A stretch of DNA of 64,000 bases from Candidatus Obscuribacterales bacterium (GTDB taxonomy: Bacteria; Cyanobacteriota; Vampirovibrionia; Obscuribacterales; Obscuribacteraceae): NCBI GenBank assembly GCA_965228855.1, contig CBDDIJ010000002.1, positions 1,120,001-1,184,000 on the forward strand, in the 5' to 3' direction. Within the stretch, counting starts at the first letter, position 1. Each line of letters opens with the position of its first letter. The translations under genes and the position numbers were made by a program. The notes beneath the pieces are model-generated. The model saw only the letters and a program-made list of their open reading frames with translations, ran no database searches and was not told where the DNA came from. This document shows positions 57,716 through 64,000 of the stretch, piece by piece.

Positions 57716-59731
57716 TTATCGAACTGATGCATCAGGTTCAACCTGACGCGCCAGGTTTTCTATTTGCACCGGCTCCGTTTCATCTGCCGGTTTGTATCCG
57801 AAAATCTTGGCGAAGAAATAGAACTCTGCTTCGATTGTTCGCTTGATATTTTCCGCTTTTCGGAAGCCGTGTTGCTCGCCTTCGTAGGCGATGTAGGCAA
57901 CGGGCAGTCCTTTCTTCTTGATGGCTTCCACCATGGCTTCTGCTTGTGAAGGCGGCACCACTTTATCTTCCAAGCCCTGGAAGAAGATGACCGGGCAATT
58001 GAGTTTGTCGGTGAAGTTGATTGGCGAACGAGCGTAATAGTCCTGTTTCTTCTCAGGATAGGGTCCGAAGAGATAGTCGCCGTAGCGCGATTCGAATTTG
58101 TGTGTGTCAGCGCAAAGCGCCTCTACATCACCGATTCCGTAGTGGCTGGCGCCGGCCTTGAAGCGATCTGTAAAGGTGAGAGCGCAGAGCGTTGTGTAGC
58201 CTCCTGCGCTACCACCTGTGATGGCAAGGCGGTTGCCGTCGACTAGACCCTTTTCTACTAAATACTTTGCCGCGTTCTCGCAATCCTGCATGTCGACGAC
58301 GCCCCAGTTTAACTTCAATCGATTGCGATACTCTCGACCGAAGCCGGTGCTTCCGCCGTAGTTGACGTCTACCACTGCAACTCCACGGCTCGTCCAGTAT
58401 TGAGTTCCCAGGCTCAATACCGACGACGTACTGCCTGTCGGTCCACCGTGGCTTTCCACCACCAGTGGTGGCAGTTCTCCGGCTGGAGCTTCATAGTCTT
58501 TGTTGGCGGGAGGGTAGAAAAAGGCAAATGCCGTTTTGCCGTTGGCTGTTGGGAATTCGATGACTTGGGGAACCGAGACATAGCCCTTGTCCGGGACGAT
58601 GGAACTGCTTTCTTTAATAACTGTCCATTTGTCTTCTTTCAGGTCGAAGTGAACGATGGCGGTTTGCGAAGTCGGGCTTCCAGCCTGCATGCCGACATCC
58701 GTACCGTTGCTCGAGATGTACCAGAAGTCCGTGTAGGGGCATTGAATTTGTTTTAAAGAATATCTGTCCGTCGAGTCTTTGGTGATCAAGCCAAGCTTCC
58801 AGACTCCGTTTTCGCAATACTGGCAGATTATGCGACCGCCGCTTATAAATGCGAACGTGGTCATTCTGAAGACCCAAAGGGGCATGCCGAACTCAGCGTT
58901 CATGCGGATGACCGGCTTGGGTGTTGAGCTGTCAGCGAGCGCATCGGCCGGATTTTCGATAACTTCGAGATTCCACCAGCCAGTACTATCGTTGACGAAG
59001 AATAGTTTGCCTTCTGGCGACCAGACCGGCTGAAATACTGACTCTTCCTTGTTTCCAGCAACGACCTTGTCTTCTTTGATGGCGCCGGAACCATCAAATT
59101 GAATAAGGTGTAAGTCGGTTCCATCCCAGGGCATGTTAGGATGACGCCAGGCGATATAACTGAGGTACTGGGCATCAGGACTCAGTCTAGGGTATGAATA
59201 GAAGTCATATCCGGATGCTATTGTTGTCGGCTCGCCATGTTTGAACTCGTTAGTTCCAACTGCGGTTATGTCGATGGAAACTAGCTTGTTTTCCGGCTCC
59301 TTGCCACCTTTCGAGTGATCTTCACAGACGCAAATCAGGCGGTTGCGTTTTTCATCAATCACCATATCGGCATATCTAAGTTTGTTTTCCCTGGTAATTG
59401 CAACGGGCTCTGAACCAGGCTTTTGAAAGTAGATCAGTTGGTCTTTGAAGTTGACGAAGAAGATGTTTCCCTCGTGCAATGTGAATGAACCACCGCCGTA
59501 CTCGTGCACCAGAGTTCTCACGTTAAACGTCTTCGGCAGCGCATCTTCGAGTCTACCGTCTCTGTGTCGCACTACCAGCGCTGTTCGTCCGGCTTCCGAG
59601 GGACGCCCCTCCAGGTAATAGAGATCGTCGCCGTCGAATGCGACTTCGCCCAGGCGGAGCGAGTTGGACGCGATTTGCTCCGCATTGATTGGAGATTTCC
59701 AGGAGCCGTATGGCGCGGTGGTTTTCGACAT
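57716..59731 (-). CDS. S9 family peptidase (prolyl oligopeptidase/acylaminoacyl peptidase-like)
   Basis: APYGSWKSPI, HGGPT, GGSAGG (Ser), EDKVV (Asp), EQHGF (His); RBS AAGGAG before ATG 59731. Confidence 0.94.
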   Translation of the reverse strand: MSKTTAPYGSWKSPINAEQIASNSLRLGEVAFDGDDLYYLEGRPSEAGRTALVVRHRDGRLEDALPKTFNVRTLVHEYGGGSFTLHEGNIFFVNFKDQLIYFQKPGSEPVAITRENKLRYADMVIDEKRNRLICVCEDHSKGGKEPENKLVSIDITAVGTNEFKHGEPTTIASGYDFYSYPRLSPDAQYLSYIAWRHPNMPWDGTDLHLIQFDGSGAIKEDKVVAGNKEESVFQPVWSPEGKLFFVNDSTGWWNLEVIENPADALADSSTPKPVIRMNAEFGMPLWVFRMTTFAFISGGRIICQYCENGVWKLGLITKDSTDRYSLKQIQCPYTDFWYISSNGTDVGMQAGSPTSQTAIVHFDLKEDKWTVIKESSSIVPDKGYVSVPQVIEFPTANGKTAFAFFYPPANKDYEAPAGELPPLVVESHGGPTGSTSSVLSLGTQYWTSRGVAVVDVNYGGSTGFGREYRNRLKLNWGVVDMQDCENAAKYLVEKGLVDGNRLAITGGSAGGYTTLCALTFTDRFKAGASHYGIGDVEALCADTHKFESRYGDYLFGPYPEKKQDYYARSPINFTDKLNCPVIFFQGLEDKVVPPSQAEAMVEAIKKKGLPVAYIAYEGEQHGFRKAENIKRTIEAEFYFFAKIFGYKPADETEPVQIENLARQVEPDASVR

Positions 59732-59935
59732 GTTGTTCTCCTTGAAAGAGGGACTCGAACGATTGGAGTTTTCGTCTGAAATCAAGCGCTGCTTGTTTTG
59801 ATACTGGGCGTCAAATGCGACCACCGAATATGGCCGCGCGACGACGCCGAGCAGAAGCACCGAGGCGCTTAGCAGCACGTTTGCTGAGGTTCGAAACGGA
59901 TGATTTGGAATGCGCACCAGTTGTCCGAACGAAAT

Positions 59936-61159
59936 CTACTGCTCAAACTCCAGCCCATTCTGGCGAATGGTAAAGTTGACCACGGCTTGATCAAGCGTGA
60001 GCTTACCAGACTTGAGAAGCTCGTGCATGATCATGGCGGAGTCGATGAGTGCTCGGTCATCGGGTCTGGACTGGCGCAACAAGAAACCCAGCAGCTCGGT
60101 ATTTTTAAAGCTCAGTTTTATCGCCTCGCGCAAGTAGTCCTTCGAGACATTTCCTTCCTTGCGGGCATGTTTCATCACCGCGGCTATCAGCTCGGGATTG
60201 CCCATGACCATCTGGACTATGTTTTTCATCGAGTCCTTGTTGAGATATCCGCTCAGCCGCAGGAAGTCGCAGAAGGAAACTTGTTTTTGAAACTCGGACG
60301 GTTTCAGTCCAGCCTTCTCAAGACCCTCTTCGGCTGTCAGTCCTGATTTGTCGATATGCTTCAGAGCGCTCGATGCGCGGTAGACGCTGACGCCGCCGCT
60401 CCAGACCATCTCTTGCAATCTAAGCGCTGCGGTGAGCAATTCTTGCGAAACCCAGCCCATCTCGATTAAGACTTCACCCATCATTTTGTCGTTGGCTTTT
60501 GCCATCTCGACAGCGGACTGCACATCGGCTGCGCTGAGCAAATGCGATGCGATCAGGAGTTCGCCAATGCGAACCCGCTTGTCGTCTTTGTCGCCATCGC
60601 GTCCTTCAACGGGGATGTAGAGTTTCTCTTTGCGAAGTTGTTCGATGGCTAGTGAACGATCGATGCGTCCGAATCTCACATCGCGCTGAAGATTGAGGGC
60701 CAGGTCGAGCGACGGCTCCGACAGTTTACTCAGTAAAACCAGCACTCTGCCGAGCGGTAGACCGCTTCCGTCACTGGCTTTCAGGGCGAGGTCGACCTGC
60801 AATGGATTAACGTGCTCAGCGGACAGTAACAGCTCGCCGAGGCGAGTACCGCGTGTCGCATAGGCATCGACACCCAGCACTATGAGCGCGTCGGAAAGAG
60901 TCCAGCGTTTGCGATGGACGACACCCATCGCTTCCCGGGCGGCTTCCGCGTCCAGTAAGCCGTCTTTGATCATCGACTGGGCTTCGATAGAGGCGCGAAC
61001 AACTTCATTTGTGCAGAAGTCGAGCATGACCAGACATTTGCCGAGGGGCAGTCCGGTGTGCTTCGACAGTACAAGGCCCCTCTTGATGTCCTGGTCGGAG
61101 ACTACACCGAAATAGGTCAAGAGAGTTCCAAGTTTCAGATCTTCTGGCTCAGCCGCCAA
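59936..61159 (-). CDS. Tandem MshEN-like domain protein (putative c-di-GMP receptor)
   Basis: Three paired motifs: KLGTLL/LPLGKCL, RLGELL/LPLGRVL..LNLQ, RIGELL/MGEVL..LRLQ; TTG start. Confidence 0.75.
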   Translation of the reverse strand: MAAEPEDLKLGTLLTYFGVVSDQDIKRGLVLSKHTGLPLGKCLVMLDFCTNEVVRASIEAQSMIKDGLLDAEAAREAMGVVHRKRWTLSDALIVLGVDAYATRGTRLGELLLSAEHVNPLQVDLALKASDGSGLPLGRVLVLLSKLSEPSLDLALNLQRDVRFGRIDRSLAIEQLRKEKLYIPVEGRDGDKDDKRVRIGELLIASHLLSAADVQSAVEMAKANDKMMGEVLIEMGWVSQELLTAALRLQEMVWSGGVSVYRASSALKHIDKSGLTAEEGLEKAGLKPSEFQKQVSFCDFLRLSGYLNKDSMKNIVQMVMGNPELIAAVMKHARKEGNVSKDYLREAIKLSFKNTELLGFLLRQSRPDDRALIDSAMIMHELLKSGKLTLDQAVVNFTIRQNGLEFEQ

Positions 61160-61354
61160 ATTCTTCGTACCTGTTTCTTAACTCGCGCTTGGAGCACTGC
61201 TTGGCAATGCGCCATGAGAATGCAGACAATCGGATATTAGCAAGTTTTGCGACCGATCGGTTGACACAATCTTTGCATAGATCGACTTATCAGCTTAATT
61301 GCATGGTAAGAATGTCAGATATGTGCCAAAATCTGTGGTTGCAATGGGGTTGAA

Positions 61355-61615
61355 GTGATGTCCCTGGAAGGCAGCAAGACCGTCTACATCAAATATTTCG
61401 CGCTCCTCAGAGATGAGCGGGGGTTGGCGTCGGAAAATATTTCGACCGAAGCGGCGACGCTTGCGGATCTTTACAACGAAATTCGAAGCCGGCACGACTT
61501 GTCACTTCCGGTCGAACGCATGTCGGTTGCCGTTAATGACGACTTCGCCGAGTGGGACAACAGGGTCAACGACAGAGACGTGATTGTCTTCGTGCCGCCG
61601 GTCGCAGGTGGATAG
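61355..61615 (+). CDS. moaD: Molybdopterin synthase sulfur carrier subunit
   Basis: YFALLRD, VAVN, C-terminal PPVAGG. Confidence 0.93.
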   Translation: MMSLEGSKTVYIKYFALLRDERGLASENISTEAATLADLYNEIRSRHDLSLPVERMSVAVNDDFAEWDNRVNDRDVIVFVPPVAGG

Positions 61616-61618
61616 CCA

Positions 61619-62116
61619 ATGTTCTATTTGATGGAAACCGAAATCGCTGAATCGCCGCTCAGAGCCGCCGTCGAGGACGAGCGCGCCGGGGCAATTTGCA
61701 CTTTTGATGGACGTGTGCGAAACCATAACGATGGTAAGGCGGTGAGCAAGCTCTCTTACGAGGCGTATGCCGAGTTGGCGGAGAAGGAAGGAAACGTTGT
61801 CATCGCTGAGGCGCTGGAGAAGTTCAACATTATTCGCGCTGCTGCTGCCCACAGGACGGGCGATCTGAAGATCGGCGACGTGGCCGTTTTCGTCGCCGTG
61901 TCAGCGGCGCACCGCGAGGACGCGTTTAAAGCTTGTCGCTACATCATTGATGAGATCAAACTGCGCCTGCCTATCTGGAAGAAGGAAACATACGTCGACG
62001 GCGGCTCTATCTGGGTAAACTGCCAGTCCTGCTCATCACATGTTCATAAACAGGTCGCCGGTTCAGATCGACATTCAAACGAGGTTGCACACGCAAGTGA
62101 AAGCACTCGTGTCTGA
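61619..62116 (+). CDS. moaE: Molybdopterin synthase catalytic subunit
   Basis: GAICTFDGRVRNHN, YEAY, HRTG, AHREDAF, PIWKKE. Confidence 0.95.
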   Translation: MFYLMETEIAESPLRAAVEDERAGAICTFDGRVRNHNDGKAVSKLSYEAYAELAEKEGNVVIAEALEKFNIIRAAAAHRTGDLKIGDVAVFVAVSAAHREDAFKACRYIIDEIKLRLPIWKKETYVDGGSIWVNCQSCSSHVHKQVAGSDRHSNEVAHASESTRV

Positions 62117-63107
62117 AACGCGCATGAATACACTCGTTGACAGTTTTGGCAGGAAACATACATACCTGCGAATATCGGTTACTGATAAGTGCAATCTTCG
62201 CTGCTTTTACTGCATGCCTCTTGAAGGTATTGTCTGGAAGCGGCGTGAGGAGCTTCTCGACTTCGAAGAGATCGTTCGTGTCGCTGATATCTTCGTTCGC
62301 AAGGGGATCGATAAAATTCGATTGACCGGCGGAGAGCCGCTGATGAGGCGAGACTTGCATTTGCTCGTCGAGATGTTGTCCAAATTGGAAGGTTTGAACA
62401 CGATAGCAATGACGACCAACGCCACGTTGCTGGCAGAGAATGCGCAACGGCTGAAGGACGCGGGCATCACTCAATTGAACATAAGCATCGACAGCTTCAA
62501 ACAGGAGCGTTTTCAAACGCTGACGGGCAGGGATGATTTGCACCGAGTCATGCGCGGCATCGAAGAAGCGCAGCGGGTCGGTTTCTCCCAGATAAAATTG
62601 AATGTTGTTGCGATAGCAGGTGTCAACGAAGATGAGATTATCGACTTCGTCGACTATGTCAAAGACACACGTATGAACGTGCGATTCATCGAGTTCATGC
62701 CGTTTCGCGATAACGATTGGAACGTCGAGCGCGTTCTTACATACGCGGAAATGTTGAAAATGATCGGGGAGAAGTTTCAACTCGTTCCAATCGAGACTGA
62801 GCTATCGGCTGTCGCCAAGGACTTCTCCATAGTCGGTCATAGTGGAACGGTGAGCTTTATCACTTCTATGTCGGAGAGCTTTTGCTCAACTTGCAATCGC
62901 ATCCGGCTGACAGCGGACGGCTCGATCAAGTCTTGCCTTTTCTACCCGGCCGAGGTAAGCCTGCGGGATAGAATTCGCGGCGGAGCAACCGATGCGGATA
63001 TCGAAGAAATGATAATGTATTCGCTTGGGCAAAAGCCGGAGGCCCATCCGCCCGCGGAAGAAATCGCGGCTGAGCACAATCGCAGTATGATCGAGATTGG
63101 AGGATAA
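62109..63107 (+). CDS. moaA: GTP 3',8-cyclase (radical SAM)
   Basis: YLRISVTDKCNLRCFYCMP, LTGGEP, FCSTCNRIRLTADG, C-terminal IGG; start GTG 62109 or ATG 62124. Confidence 0.96.
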   Translation: MSETRMNTLVDSFGRKHTYLRISVTDKCNLRCFYCMPLEGIVWKRREELLDFEEIVRVADIFVRKGIDKIRLTGGEPLMRRDLHLLVEMLSKLEGLNTIAMTTNATLLAENAQRLKDAGITQLNISIDSFKQERFQTLTGRDDLHRVMRGIEEAQRVGFSQIKLNVVAIAGVNEDEIIDFVDYVKDTRMNVRFIEFMPFRDNDWNVERVLTYAEMLKMIGEKFQLVPIETELSAVAKDFSIVGHSGTVSFITSMSESFCSTCNRIRLTADGSIKSCLFYPAEVSLRDRIRGGATDADIEEMIMYSLGQKPEAHPPAEEIAAEHNRSMIEIGG

Positions 63108-64000
63108 ATGCGCGACATCTCACGCAAAGTAGTCAGCTTTCGCACCGCGCTTGCACAGGCGGTATTGAAAGTCGACCCCTCGACCATCGATCGTATCAGG
63201 AACGGTGAGGTGCCAAAAGGCGATCCGCTGCCAGTTGCTAAAGTAGCTGCTATTCAAGCGGCGAAGAACACCAGTCAAATTATTCCGTACTGTCATCAGA
63301 TCGCTTTAGAATTTGTCGGAGTCGAGTTTAAGCTCGAAGAAGACCAGATAACGATTGAGACGACTGTAAAAGCGGCGGAGAAAACGGGTGTCGAAATGGA
63401 GGCGCTCACTGCCGCATCGGTAGCTGCTCTCACCATTTACGACATGATCAAAATGTTCGACGAGAAGTGTGAGATTGGGTCCGTTGTTTTACTAAAGAAG
63501 ACGGGCGGTAAGTCCGATTTTAAACCGAAGCTCGATAGAGTGGCTCGCGCAGCTGTTTTCGTTATGTCCGATCGCGTGTCCGCGGGTAAGTCTGTCGACG
63601 AATCCGGGAAGATTATTTTGCAGCGCCTCAAAGATCAGGGAATTGATGTAGTCGAATTCAGTTGCGTTTCAGACGACGAAACCGAGATCGTGCCATCGAT
63701 CATCCGCTGTACGGACGAGTTGGAGGTAGATCTGGTTGTCACCACTGGTGGTACCGGCGTCGGTCCACGCGATGTTACGCCAGACTCGATCAACGGTTTG
63801 TTCGAGCGCGAGATGCCGGGTGTGGCCGAGGCAATTCGCAGCTACGGGCAAACTCATAATCCGTATGCGATGCTGTCTCGTTCGAGTGCCGGTGTTCGCA
63901 AGAAATCGATCATCGTTTGCCTGCCTGGTTCGCGTGGCGGTGTCAACGACGCTCTCGACGTTCTCCTCCCTTATGTGCTGCATGCCATACCTATGATGGA
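63108..64000 (+). CDS. moaCB: Bifunctional MoaC-MogA/MoaB fusion, runs off the window edge
   Basis: Translated by hand: PKGD, IPYCH, TGVEMEAL, IYDMIK (MoaC), then SDR, DESG, TTGGTGVGPRDVTP, LPGS (MogA/MoaB). Absent from the ORF track because it has no stop in the window. Confidence 0.9.
   Translation, partial: MRDISRKVVSFRTALAQAVLKVDPSTIDRIRNGEVPKGDPLPVAKVAAIQAAKNTSQIIPYCHQIALEFVGVEFKLEEDQITIETTVKAAEKTGVEMEALTAASVAALTIYDMIKMFDEKCEIGSVVLLKKTGGKSDFKPKLDRVARAAVFVMSDRVSAGKSVDESGKIILQRLKDQGIDVVEFSCVSDDETEIVPSIIRCTDELEVDLVVTTGGTGVGPRDVTPDSINGLFEREMPGVAEAIRSYGQTHNPYAMLSRSSAGVRKKSIIVCLPGSRGGVNDALDVLLPYVLHAIPMM

Noticed and set aside
59732..59917. N-terminal extension of the S9 peptidase resembling a signal peptide
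   Set aside because: A strong RBS precedes ATG 59731 and the family normally begins at the APYGSW motif, so the extension is probably not translated, though this is not excluded.
61160..61354. Moco riboswitch upstream of moaD
   Set aside because: AT-rich divergent promoter region with a TTGACA box but no recognisable Moco RNA stems.

Overview
Bacterial chromosomal window with about 50 genes. The gene style (many TPR proteins, Hanks kinases, tandem MshEN protein, giant Gly/Asn/Thr-rich surface proteins, cyanobacterial-like GAF and thioredoxin-fold proteins) suggests Vampirovibrionia/Melainabacteria, Obscuribacterales-like; this is an inference, not a lookup. The most striking element is a complete IS110-family (IS621-like) insertion at 764-2021. 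Its whole bridge-recombination logic can be read from the sequence: CT cores at both ends, a promoter that forms only on circularisation, and a non-coding left end whose two internal loops carry guides matching the element's own donor junction and its reconstructed target. It sits inside the second of two tandem ~190-bp non-coding repeats, and the first copy still holds an empty target. Other content: a degenerate GGDEF protein; an active/inactive NlpC/P60-like pair; a divergent S8 protease; an Rrf2-divergent operon of a Cys micro-ORF, a DUF1858-like protein and a globin; two paralogous giant secreted beta-solenoid proteins sharing CLTGDPTYYN; xdhABC; an orphaned HVO_A0114-like HTH gene; MarR/DUF1398; a GNAT-DUF1778 toxin-antitoxin pair; two two-component systems; a kynurenine-pathway operon (HAAO-kynU-kmo); an S9 peptidase; and moaD-moaE-moaA-moaC/mogA. 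No rRNA, tRNA or CRISPR array was recognised. All family calls come from motif recognition by eye, without database searches.
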